Shown in pieces: positions 1-8,996 of a DNA stretch of 64,000 nucleotides. The stretch is from Eledone cirrhosa. Taxonomy: Eukaryota. The DNA lies in the NCBI GenBank assembly GCA_964016885.1, contig OZ024743.1, positions 291,896,001 through 291,960,000 of the forward strand, written 5' to 3'. The notes under the pieces are model-generated. The model was not told where the DNA came from, made no database searches, and worked only from the letters and a program-made list of their open reading frames with translations. The position numbers and the translations under genes are program-made. Numbering within the stretch: the first letter of the stretch is position 1; each line of letters starts with the position of its first letter.

Positions 1-1028
1 CCTTCGTGCTTTGCATTGAAGAATTGGTCAAGGGCCAATTTCGCCGCAAGCACGTCGGTCGCGATGCCTTTGCTGAGCGCCTCATCTAATTTTCTAACTA
101 ATTCTCCCTCTGCTCTATTTTTCTCTATTGCTAAAGTCTTACTAAACCTAATGGACTCTATTCTAATTGCTCTTTTCAGAGCAAACCACCACTTGTTGTT
201 GACGATGGCCCCCGTCAACGCCCGCTTAACTAGTTCGCTAATCCGGTCTCTGTAGGCCTTGCGCGCTGGTAAAGACGCGTTTAACTTCCAGTAGCCGGGT
301 CCTCGTCTATGAAGCCTATCTAAGTCAAGCACACAGATCACGAATTTGTGGTCCGTGTAGCTGACTATCTTGAATTGTGGACAGCCTATGCTAGACCTAT
401 CTATTTCCCTACAAAATACTCTATCTAGATATGATCTGGATGACCCTATGCGATTTGTCCAAGTCCACATTGGTACATTCGGGAAATCCATTCGGTACCT
501 GTCAGACAGTTCAAAACGTCTGAGCAGGTTGGTGAGACTCTTGCACCCTCCTTCCCTATCCACTAATCCCACACAATCCCAGCGTGCATCTAAGATCCCG
601 TTCCAGTCGCCCACTAACACTAAAGAGCGGGACGTTCCAAGAAAGGTCTCCAGACGCCGGAAGAAATCAGGCCGCCCTGCTCCTGTCGGGGCATAGACGG
701 CCACTAACCTGAAAGCTTGCCCGTCTCCGCTGGTCACGTCCAGCACCACCAACTTACCTTCTGGGTCCAGGAAGATGGCCCGTATGGCAAGATCCAAAAC
801 TCTCCGAAAAAGCACAGCAACTCCTCCCCCCGATCCCGGACGGCTGGGAGATGCGTACACATCGTAGCCGCCGAAGATCGGTGCGAAAGCCTGTGCTTCG
901 GAGATTCTGGTCTCGCTGATGGCCACTACATCTATGTTTAGTGACCTGAGGTCGTTGAGCAGGTGGCCCTGCTTCCATGACGACCCCAAGCCACGCGCAT
1001 TTATGCTGCCTATTCTGAGTGAGGTCAT
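1..1028 (-). CDS. ORF2 N-terminus (APE endonuclease), copy A, partial
   Basis: ATG at 1028; MTSLRIGSINARGL...ISETR...GDWN...YLDRVF...YTDHK; aligns to 5607-6627, with 6 extra in-frame nt relative to B. Confidence 0.9.
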   Translation of the reverse strand, partial: MTSLRIGSINARGLGSSWKQGHLLNDLRSLNIDVVAISETRISEAQAFAPIFGGYDVYASPSRPGSGGGVAVLFRRVLDLAIRAIFLDPEGKLVVLDVTSGDGQAFRLVAVYAPTGAGRPDFFRRLETFLGTSRSLVLVGDWNGILDARWDCVGLVDREGGCKSLTNLLRRFELSDRYRMDFPNVPMWTWTNRIGSSRSYLDRVFCREIDRSSIGCPQFKIVSYTDHKFVICVLDLDRLHRRGPGYWKLNASLPARKAYRDRISELVKRALTGAIVNNKWWFALKRAIRIESIRFSKTLAIEKNRAEGELVRKLDEALSKGIATDVLAAKLALDQFFNAKHE

Positions 1029-1062
1029 GTTGAAAAGGAGTGGAAAAGATGGGAAAGACCAC

Positions 1063-2703
1063 TTACCTTACTTCTCGTAGGGGAAGGACGGCTTTTCCAT
1101 CCTTTTCACTGCTTGTGGCCTCCTCAGGAAGGATGTCCTTATAAATCCTCCTGGAGAGTGCTTGTCGGAAGTCTCCGATGTCTTTGGGGAATTTTTGTTT
1201 TAGTGTCATGTACGTTTTCTGTGTGATGCGAGTGATTTGTATGTGTGGAGGTGGTGTGAATTTTGGGGTTTTTGTGTAGTCTTTTTCTGTGATGCTGGTG
1301 TTGTGTTGGATGTAGTGTAATAATTGCCAGTTGTGATAGACGGGGAGTGGAAAATCCTCCACAGCCGTTAGTTTTGGTTGTGGTGTGGTGGATGGTGTAG
1401 GCGCTGGTGCTAGTTCTGAAGCGTTGGGTGGTGGTGGTGTTGGTTTTGCTGGTGGTGGTAGTGGTGTTGGTTTTGCTACTGTTGCTGGGGTTGTTGCTGT
1501 TATAGTTGCTTCTGTTGTTGCTGCTACAGTTGTTGCTGCCATCTCTGCTACTGGTGGTGTTGATGGTTTTGTCACTGGGGTGGGTAGGAGAGGTGGCCTC
1601 AACCTTTTAGCCTGAGGGCAGAAAGCCCTTAGGTGGGTTCCTTCACCACAAACGACACACCTAGGTCTTCTGCCCTCGACAATTACCGTGAGGTGGCTGC
1701 CGTCAGTGAGGTCTATTACCTCTGGGATCTCCTCAATGCTTTTTTGGTCCGCTTGGATCAGGAGCTCCATCCCAGATCCGGACCAGTTTTCCTGCTTTTC
1801 TTTTGCTACTGCTATTATTTTCGTGTTGGCTTCGATGCCGGTGAGGACAGCCGCTATTAGCCAGGGAATTTCGATGGCCGGTGGAACGTGGGTCACCCTG
1901 ATCTTTACGAGTCTCTGGCCACAATAGCTTGGGACGAGTGTGAGGTCGTCACTTTTTAATGGGGCCATGGAGTGTTCTCTAGCCTCCTCTGGTGTTTCAA
2001 AGAACACATCCACGGTTCCATACTTTTGCCCACGTCTGATGTGGGTTTTTCTTGCCCACACATGTCCCAAAGCTTTTTGGATTTGGGACTCGGATGCCCG
2101 TTCCACTCGGCGCGATTTTACATTTATTGTTCTATACGACCCGGTGCACAGGCGCCGATGCTCCATTTTATTAGGTGGGGGGGTGAGGCTGACCCTGTAC
2201 CCATCTTTCTTTACCATTTGTTTGGCATTTTCTAAATCTTCTTGAGTTACCGTGAACGCTTCGAATTGTTTTGCTACGATGGCGAAACTGAGGGTCGGTT
2301 TTATAATGTCATTGTTGTTGTTGTTGCTATCGTTGATATTAATTTTATTTTCAGTTGTGGTGGTGACGTCAGTCTTCTTTGGTGGGGAAGAGTCCATTTT
2401 GCTTGATTTCATTTCGACGTCACGAGTTAATTTATTTTTTTTTTCTTTTGTTTCTGTTGTCGCGGTGGTGGTGGTGGTGGTGGTGGTTGTCGCGGTGGTG
2501 GTGGTGGTGGAGGGTTTAACACCTGCAGTCATTGGTAATGGCGGGAAATGAATGTCTGCCTGAGACAAATTTAAAATATTGCTACTGCTTATATTTTTTT
2601 TTGTGTTGGCAAACGTAGTAACATTTACAATGGTGGTGTCGGTGTGAGGTGTTATTTTGTGAGGAAGGCTTTCAGCTGCTTCGTGCAGAGGGGAATTAGC
2701 CAT
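1063..2703 (-). CDS. ORF1 (Gag-like nucleic-acid-binding protein), copy A, 546 aa
   Basis: Low-complexity N-terminus, central conserved (probably RRM-like) core, CVVCGEGTHLRAFC zinc knuckle, Pro/Thr linker, conserved C-terminal block. Confidence 0.88.
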   Translation of the reverse strand: MANSPLHEAAESLPHKITPHTDTTIVNVTTFANTKKNISSSNILNLSQADIHFPPLPMTAGVKPSTTTTTATTTTTTTTTATTETKEKKNKLTRDVEMKSSKMDSSPPKKTDVTTTTENKININDSNNNNNDIIKPTLSFAIVAKQFEAFTVTQEDLENAKQMVKKDGYRVSLTPPPNKMEHRRLCTGSYRTINVKSRRVERASESQIQKALGHVWARKTHIRRGQKYGTVDVFFETPEEAREHSMAPLKSDDLTLVPSYCGQRLVKIRVTHVPPAIEIPWLIAAVLTGIEANTKIIAVAKEKQENWSGSGMELLIQADQKSIEEIPEVIDLTDGSHLTVIVEGRRPRCVVCGEGTHLRAFCPQAKRLRPPLLPTPVTKPSTPPVAEMAATTVAATTEATITATTPATVAKPTPLPPPAKPTPPPPNASELAPAPTPSTTPQPKLTAVEDFPLPVYHNWQLLHYIQHNTSITEKDYTKTPKFTPPPHIQITRITQKTYMTLKQKFPKDIGDFRQALSRRIYKDILPEEATSSEKDGKAVLPLREVR

Positions 2704-2912
2704 TTTTTTTCAAAGAAATTTTTGGATAATAATAAAAGTTAAAATTTTGGGCACAAGGCCCCAATCTTTTTGGGTGTCCTTTTCGGAAAACAATGTATGT
2801 GTGCTTATAAACAGTTTACAATAAAATTTTCCATAAATGGCAATTTTTAAACAAACGGAAATAACAAACCTTTACGGAGCTCACGATAATACGATTTCCT
2901 ACGTAGGTCGCC

Positions 2913-2951
<39 letters not shown>
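2913..2951. repeat. (AAT)13 tract: tail/target between copies B and A
   Basis: Perfect trinucleotide run 6 nt after the AATAAA of copy B (2958-2963, minus strand). Confidence 0.95.
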
Positions 2952-2953
<2 letters not shown>

Positions 2954-3213
2954 TTTCTTTATTAACCACAAGGGTTTACATAAAGTAGACATTAAGGACA
3001 GTGCAGGACAATGCAGGACGGTACAAATGGGCATTTCTGCGTGTAAAAAAACAAAAACAGAGGATGTAACAAAAATAACAATGAAAATAACAATGAAAAA
3101 TTCCCCAATAGGGGGGAGACTTCGGAGGGACATTTGTGGAGAAAGCCCAGTAAAAAGCCACAATGACCCTGACCACCAAGGCAAGTGCCCTCTCCCAGTT
3201 TTCCACCTTTAGT

Positions 3214-6200
3214 TTACAGATATATACTCAGAGTCGGCCCATTCACTCGGGCCATTCTTGCTTCTCTCACCCATCTTTCAACAAAATGCAGGGAAGAGAG
3301 CACTTCCTTCTCTACTCTGATTTTCCTTTTCAAATGAAATTTGAAAAAGTCAATCAGAGCATCACCGAAGAGGTAAGTGCTCGTCTTCAGCCCTTTCAAA
3401 CGTGTCCACCATACTATCTCTTTCGCCATGGCCACCAGACAGATAAAAACTGCCTGCCCTTCCCGGCTAAAGGAGGAGGGCGGGGCAATCCTCACGATAG
3501 ACTCAGATGATAGCTGGATCCGTCCTAAACGCGACAGCAGGTGTTCGACATAAACCCACAAGTCAGCAATTTTCGGACACTGGACGAGTGCGTGCAGGAC
3601 GGTTTCGTCGCCCTGCGCGCATCTCGGACATGCCCGGCTGACGGCACCTCCATGCCTGTAGAGTTTATCCCGAACTGGCAAGGCTCCTCGGTAGCACTGC
3701 CAGGCCAGAGATTTCTGGAAGTTGTCCATAGGCCCTGGCCCGAAAGTTCTTCCGAAGAGATTGGCTAGTTGATTTTCGTCGACGCCTAGAGTTTCCCCAA
3801 GTACGTCGTCGCTCTTCCCCTCCACTAATCCTCTATAGAACGCCGAGGTGGAGTTTCCACCGATCACATTGCCCGATTGGTCGAGGGCTGTGAGCGCCTG
3901 AAGACATTCCAGTCTCCAGGCGCTCCCTCTCGGTCTTCGCTTGACCCAGGACTGCAGCTCCGTCAAGGAAACGAGCTGGGGAAAAACGCGTCTAGCAAAC
4001 GGCGACCACACCTGATCACCGTCGAGGAAGAGGTGGAGATGTCGTAGCCTGAGCGCGTGCCTGCGCATCATCAGCCACGGCATGCCCAGCCCTCCACGTA
4101 GCGGGTGTTGACAACAGATGGACCGCCTGACCATCGGAGCACGTCCCTTCCACAAAAAGCGAAAGAGCAAACGCTCCAGCGCAGTCAGGCGAGGCTTAGG
4201 ACAAGGTACGACGGTTAGGCGGTAGCAGATGACAGACGCGATGTACGCGTTAGCCACCTCCGCTCGACCTTTCAGGGATAGCTTCCTCTCCGCCCATTTC
4301 TGGGTGAGAGAAGCCACCCTGCTCGTCACCTCGTCCCAGTTTTTGTCCATCTGGAGGTCCGGACCGAACCAGACCCCTAGCAATTTAACCGGTCCGTCCG
4401 TCCAGCGCCCGACGACGCTGTTGGACGGCATGGACCTGCCTCTCCAGGTGCCGAGCTGCAGGCCCACTGACTTTTCCTGGTTGATCATTGCTCCTGTCAC
4501 CGCTTCGTATTCTCTTAGTGTAGTGCCGATCGCCTCGATGTGTTTGACGTTCGACACCACTACGGTGACATCGTCCGCATATGCTGACACGGATCTTCCG
4601 CATCCTAGTTCGCGCGGGACTCCCCTCAACGTCTCCAGTTTGTGCAGTAATGGCTCGAGAGTCAATACGTACAAGAGGGACGAGAGGGGACATCCTTGGC
4701 GGACCGAGCGCATGATGTTGAACGGTTCCGACAGGTGACCGTTCACTCTCACCACAGAGCAGATGTCGCTGTGCATGGCAGCGATCCAGCCTCTGAAGAC
4801 GGGCCCAAAGCCAGCCGCCCTCAGGACTGCCGCTAGGTAACGATGGTCGACCCTATCGAAAGCTTTCGACTGATCTAAATTGATCAAGGACCCACCCGTG
4901 CCAGGTTCCCTAGCTACCCTCTCTACGATGTATCGCATGAGGTGGAGGTTGTCGTGGATGGATCTGTCGGGAATGGCGCATGTCTGCGCCTCTCCCACCA
5001 GACCACCAACGACAAGCGCCAACCTCTTTGCTAGCACCTTGGCCAAAATCTTAAACTCTGTGTTTAGCAGAGTTATGGGCCGGAAATTGTCTATGTTATC
5101 CCCCTTGTTCGGATCCTTTCTCAGCAGTGCCACCGCTCCTCGGCTCACAGAACTGGGAATTCTCCCGTTCTGTTGCCAGTTGCAGTAGACGTCCGCCAAG
5201 AGGCCTCCGAACAAGTCTGGCATCTGTACGTAAAGTTCATAGGGCAGACCATCCAAACCAGGCGATTTACCCCTTGTGCAGCCAGTCATTGCCTCCCGTA
5301 CTTCAGCGGCTGTTATCGGCTTTTCGCAACACCTCGCCTCAGTGGCCGAGAGCCGCGGCAGTCCGTCGAGGTAGACACTAAAGTCCATCCCTCTACCCGG
5401 CCCCCCGCTGCCCCCGAACAGCTGAGCGAAGTGTCGCTGAAAAGCTTCACACATTTGCCCGGGATCGAGTAGCATGCGCCCGTCGTGGTCCACCAAAGAC
5501 CGGATCGTGGCTTTGTTGCCACGACGCGCCTCCGCCACTCGGGCCCATTGAACGGCTTTCGTCCCCTCGTGTCTGAGAGCACGCACCCTAGCTCTGACAA
5601 CGCAGCCTTCGTGCTTTGCATTGAAGAATTGGTCAAGGGCCAATTTCGCCGCAAGCACGTCGGTCGCAATGCCTTTGCTAAGCGCCTCGTCTAATTTTCT
5701 AACTAGTTCTCCCTCTGCTCTATTTTTCTCTATTGCTAAAGCCTTACTAAACCTAATCGATTCTATTCTAATCGCTCTTTTCAGAGCAAACCACCACTTG
5801 TTGTTGACGATGGCCCCCGTCAACGCCCGCTTAACTAGTTCGCTAATCCGGTCTCTGTTGCGCGCTGGTAAGGACGCGTTTAGCTTCCAGTAGCCGGGTC
5901 CTCGTCTATGAAGCCTATCTAAGTCAAGCACACAGATCACGAATTTGTGGTCCGTGTAGCTGACTATCTTGAATTGTGGACAGCCTATGCTAGACCTATC
6001 TATTTCCCTACAAAATACTCTATCTAGATATGATCTGGATGACCCTATGCGGTTTGTCCAAGTCCACATTGGCACATTCGGGAAATCCAATCGGTACCTG
6101 TCAGACAGTTCAAAACGCCTGAGCAGGTTGGTGAGGCTCTTGCACCCTCCACCCCTATCCGCTAATCCCACACAGTCCCAGCGTGCATCTAAGATCCCGT

Positions 6201-6627
6201 TCCAGTCGCCCACTAACACTAAAGAGCGGGACGTTCCAAGAAAGGTCTCCAGACGCCGGAAGAAATCAGGCCGCCCTGCTCCTGTCGGGGCATAGACGGC
6301 CACTAGCCTGAAAGCTTGCCCGTCTCCGCTGGTCACGTCCAGCACCACCAGCTTACCCTCTGGGTCCAGGAAGATGGCCCGTATGGCGAGATCCAAACCT
6401 CTCCGAAAAAGCACAGCAACTCCTCCACCCGATCCAGGACGGCTGGGAGATGCGTACACATCGTAGCCGCCGAAGATCGGTGCGAAGGCCCGTGCTTCGG
6501 AGATTCTGGTCTCGCTGATGGCCACTACATCTATGTTTAGTGACCTGAGGTCGTTGAGCAGGTGACCCTGCTTCCATGACGACCCCAAGCCACGCGCATT
6601 TATGCTGCCTATTCTGAGTGAGGTCAT
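3214..6627 (-). CDS. ORF2: APE endonuclease + reverse transcriptase + C-terminal zinc knuckle, 1137 aa
   Basis: EN motifs NARGL, SETR, GDWN, LDR, TDH; RT motifs KSPGLDG, NFRPITLLN, LDQSKAFDRV, VRQGCPLS, YADD; CPRC..ETVLHALVQC. L1/Tx1-type architecture. Confidence 0.96.
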   Translation of the reverse strand: MTSLRIGSINARGLGSSWKQGHLLNDLRSLNIDVVAISETRISEARAFAPIFGGYDVYASPSRPGSGGGVAVLFRRGLDLAIRAIFLDPEGKLVVLDVTSGDGQAFRLVAVYAPTGAGRPDFFRRLETFLGTSRSLVLVGDWNGILDARWDCVGLADRGGGCKSLTNLLRRFELSDRYRLDFPNVPMWTWTNRIGSSRSYLDRVFCREIDRSSIGCPQFKIVSYTDHKFVICVLDLDRLHRRGPGYWKLNASLPARNRDRISELVKRALTGAIVNNKWWFALKRAIRIESIRFSKALAIEKNRAEGELVRKLDEALSKGIATDVLAAKLALDQFFNAKHEGCVVRARVRALRHEGTKAVQWARVAEARRGNKATIRSLVDHDGRMLLDPGQMCEAFQRHFAQLFGGSGGPGRGMDFSVYLDGLPRLSATEARCCEKPITAAEVREAMTGCTRGKSPGLDGLPYELYVQMPDLFGGLLADVYCNWQQNGRIPSSVSRGAVALLRKDPNKGDNIDNFRPITLLNTEFKILAKVLAKRLALVVGGLVGEAQTCAIPDRSIHDNLHLMRYIVERVAREPGTGGSLINLDQSKAFDRVDHRYLAAVLRAAGFGPVFRGWIAAMHSDICSVVRVNGHLSEPFNIMRSVRQGCPLSSLLYVLTLEPLLHKLETLRGVPRELGCGRSVSAYADDVTVVVSNVKHIEAIGTTLREYEAVTGAMINQEKSVGLQLGTWRGRSMPSNSVVGRWTDGPVKLLGVWFGPDLQMDKNWDEVTSRVASLTQKWAERKLSLKGRAEVANAYIASVICYRLTVVPCPKPRLTALERLLFRFLWKGRAPMVRRSICCQHPLRGGLGMPWLMMRRHALRLRHLHLFLDGDQVWSPFARRVFPQLVSLTELQSWVKRRPRGSAWRLECLQALTALDQSGNVIGGNSTSAFYRGLVEGKSDDVLGETLGVDENQLANLFGRTFGPGPMDNFQKSLAWQCYRGALPVRDKLYRHGGAVSRACPRCAQGDETVLHALVQCPKIADLWVYVEHLLSRLGRIQLSSESIVRIAPPSSFSREGQAVFICLVAMAKEIVWWTRLKGLKTSTYLFGDALIDFFKFHLKRKIRVEKEVLSSLHFVERWVREARMARVNGPTLSIYL

Positions 6628-6662
6628 GTTTAAAATAGAGTGGAAAAGATGGGAAAGACCAC

Positions 6663-8756
6663 TTACCGTACTTTTGGTAGAGGAGGGATGGTTTTTACAT
6701 CCCTTTTCACTTGATCGTCTGGTGAAGGGACCGTTGAATCGTCCCTTCGGCTGGTCGTCGGCTCTTCTAAGAGAATGTCTGAATATACTCTTCGATTGAT
6801 GGTTCCTCCTAGGTCCCTGAAATCACCAACTGCGTTGGGGAATTTCGTTTTAATGTTTGTGTATTGTTTCTGTGCTATTTTTAGCAGTCTTATGTTAGTT
6901 GGCGTTTTGATTGGTGCTGGTATTATGTAGTCCTGTTGTGAAATGTCTGTGTGTTCAATTATGTAAGTCATTAGTTTCTTGTTGTGTGTGTTTATTGCCG
7001 TGCATTTGTTTTTCTGGGGGTGGGGTGTGGTTCTGCTATTTTCTTGTCGTTGTTGCTGGGTGTGTGTGTTTTGTTGTTGTGTTTGCGATGTTGGTGCTTG
7101 TGGTGGTGGTGTTGAAGGTGTTGTTGGCGGTGGGGTTGTCGCCGGTGGTGATGGTGGTGCTGGTGTGGGTGGTGATGGTGTTGGTGGTGTTGCTGCTGTG
7201 GGTCTCTTTGCAGTAGACTTTACCCTTTTCTCATTTCTTTCCTCCCTTTTCAAAGGCGACGATGCGCTGCTTCTGCGTTTGTGCCTTCTTACGACCTTTT
7301 GCCATCCCTCTCCCACCTCACACTCCATGTCTGATTCTGTAAGGTCGGGGAGGGGTACCAGCTCCACTCTTTCACTTGTTGTTGTTGGTGATGTTTGCAC
7401 TGGAGTCTCTGTTGCAGCTGCATTTGGTATTGCTGTTGTTGTTGTTAATATTTCCACTGCTGCTGCTGTCTTTGATTTCCGTGGAGTGGGTATGGGTGCC
7501 ACGGACCTATCGTTCCTGGTTGCCGCTTGTCCTGTTGCTGGTAGCCGTGGAGCCGGATTCGGAAGGAGGGGGGTTTTCTCCTTTCTCAGGGTCTTCTCGT
7601 TGCAGAAGGCCCTGAGGTGAGTCTTCGATCCACAGCGAAAGCATTTCGGGCGTTTGCCCTCAACACTTATGGGCAGTTGAGTGCCGTTATCGAAGTCTAT
7701 CACATCCGGGATAGCTTCGATGCACTCCTGGTTGGTTTGGATTAGCATCTCAATGGAGGAGCCGACCCAATCTTCTCTTACTTTTTTCTGTACTTGCAGT
7801 ACAGTTGTTTTGTCCTCGATTCCGATTAGGACAGACGCGGCCAGCCAAGAAGGGGTCATTCCGGGGGGGACGTGGGTCAGTTTGACCCTCACAATTTTTT
7901 GCCCGCAGTAGGAGGGCACCAACACCATTTCCTCGCTCCTTAGGGTCACTACTGATTGGGCCTTTGCCTCCTGGGGTGTGGCAAAAAGTACGTCTACGGT
8001 GGCATATTTTTTGCCTCGGGTGATGTGCGTTTTCCGCTGCCACACAGACCCCAAGGCTTTTTGTATTTGGGCCTCTGTGGCTCTTTCCACCCTACGGGAT
8101 TTTGTACTTACTGTACGGTACGTGACCGTACAGTGCTCTTGGGTTTTGAAAAATTTTTCCGCTGCCTTGCAGATTGCTCGGTGTCCGTTCTTTGTCACCA
8201 TCTTCTTCGCTTCCTCTAATTCCTCATTTGTTATGAGGATTGTTTCCAAGTTTTTCGCAATACCTGCAAATGAGATTGGTTTTTCTCTGCTGTTGTTGTT
8301 GTCGTCAGAGCTGCTGGTACTTTTGTTGTTGCTGCAGGTACTACGACTACTGCCTCCGCCGCTGTTGCTGTGGTTGTTGTTGGTGTTGCTGCTGCTAATG
8401 CTGTTGTTGTTTATGCTGCTGGTGATGCTGTTGCGGCTGCTACTGTTGTTTTCATTGTCACTGTTGCAGTTGTTATTACGGCTGCTACTGCTATTATTCC
8501 TGACGTCAGACGAATGAACTGGGTTTTCGTATTTCCCGCACACCTGTTTCGTCGCTGTCGTCGTCGTCGTGGAGAAACCTTGCACGCTTTGCACGAGACT
8601 TTTCTTTTCTTTCGTCACTTGCGAAAGAGAAGGGAGGGAGAGAGACACATTTAAAGAAGGGAGGGAGAGAGACAATCTTCTCTCTGCTGTAGTGATGATT
8701 GAGGAAGAAGACGGAATGAGTGGGAGTGACGTATGAAATTTCTTTTTCGTAGCCAT
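6663..8756 (-). CDS. ORF1, copy B (~697 aa from first ATG at 8756)
   Basis: Ser/Asn-rich N-terminus, core homologous to copy A ORF1, CFRCGSKTHLRAFC knuckle, WQKVVRRHKRR basic patch, conserved C-terminal block. Confidence 0.88.
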   Translation of the reverse strand: MATKKKFHTSLPLIPSSSSIITTAERRLSLSLPSLNVSLSLPSLSQVTKEKKSLVQSVQGFSTTTTTATKQVCGKYENPVHSSDVRNNSSSSRNNNCNSDNENNSSSRNSITSSINNNSISSSNTNNNHSNSGGGSSRSTCSNNKSTSSSDDNNNSREKPISFAGIAKNLETILITNEELEEAKKMVTKNGHRAICKAAEKFFKTQEHCTVTYRTVSTKSRRVERATEAQIQKALGSVWQRKTHITRGKKYATVDVLFATPQEAKAQSVVTLRSEEMVLVPSYCGQKIVRVKLTHVPPGMTPSWLAASVLIGIEDKTTVLQVQKKVREDWVGSSIEMLIQTNQECIEAIPDVIDFDNGTQLPISVEGKRPKCFRCGSKTHLRAFCNEKTLRKEKTPLLPNPAPRLPATGQAATRNDRSVAPIPTPRKSKTAAAVEILTTTTAIPNAAATETPVQTSPTTTSERVELVPLPDLTESDMECEVGEGWQKVVRRHKRRSSASSPLKREERNEKRVKSTAKRPTAATPPTPSPPTPAPPSPPATTPPPTTPSTPPPQAPTSQTQQQNTHTQQQRQENSRTTPHPQKNKCTAINTHNKKLMTYIIEHTDISQQDYIIPAPIKTPTNIRLLKIAQKQYTNIKTKFPNAVGDFRDLGGTINRRVYSDILLEEPTTSRRDDSTVPSPDDQVKRDVKTIPPLPKVR

Positions 8757-8972
8757 GTTGTTTTTTTGTTTAAAATGAAATTTTGGGTACAAAACCCCAA
8801 TAACTGGTTATTTAACCCCGAAGGGCCAAATAACGGACAGAAAGACCCCTCTCACGAGGAGGAGGGTGTCTTTATCAACAATTTGGTTCAAGTTTTAAAC
8901 AATTTACAATTGTTTTAACGGTTAAAAATTACTATACCTTACAGAGCCGAGCCTCCGTCAACCATGGCATTC

Positions 8973-8996
8973 AATAATAATAATAATAATAATAAT
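8973..8996. repeat. (AAT)8 tract between copies C and B
   Basis: Perfect run directly after the 3' end (AATAAATGGAATC) of copy C. Confidence 0.95.

Larger units (their letters stand above)
1..2912 (-). mobile_element. Tx1-clade non-LTR retrotransposon copy A (5'UTR, ORF1, start of ORF2; continues beyond left edge)
   Basis: ORF1 with CCHC knuckle followed by an APE endonuclease ORF ~97% identical to copy B ORF2; 5' end abuts (AAT)13 at 2913-2951. Confidence 0.92.
2952..8972 (-). mobile_element. Full-length, apparently intact Tx1-clade element, copy B (~6.0 kb)
   Basis: ~215-nt 5'UTR, open ORF1, open ORF2, ~260-nt 3'UTR with AATAAA; (AAT)n on both sides. Confidence 0.95.

Noticed and set aside
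1-8972. A and B as a simple tandem duplication or assembly repeat
   Set aside because: ORF1 and 5'UTR differ strongly and ORF2 carries ~3% substitutions.
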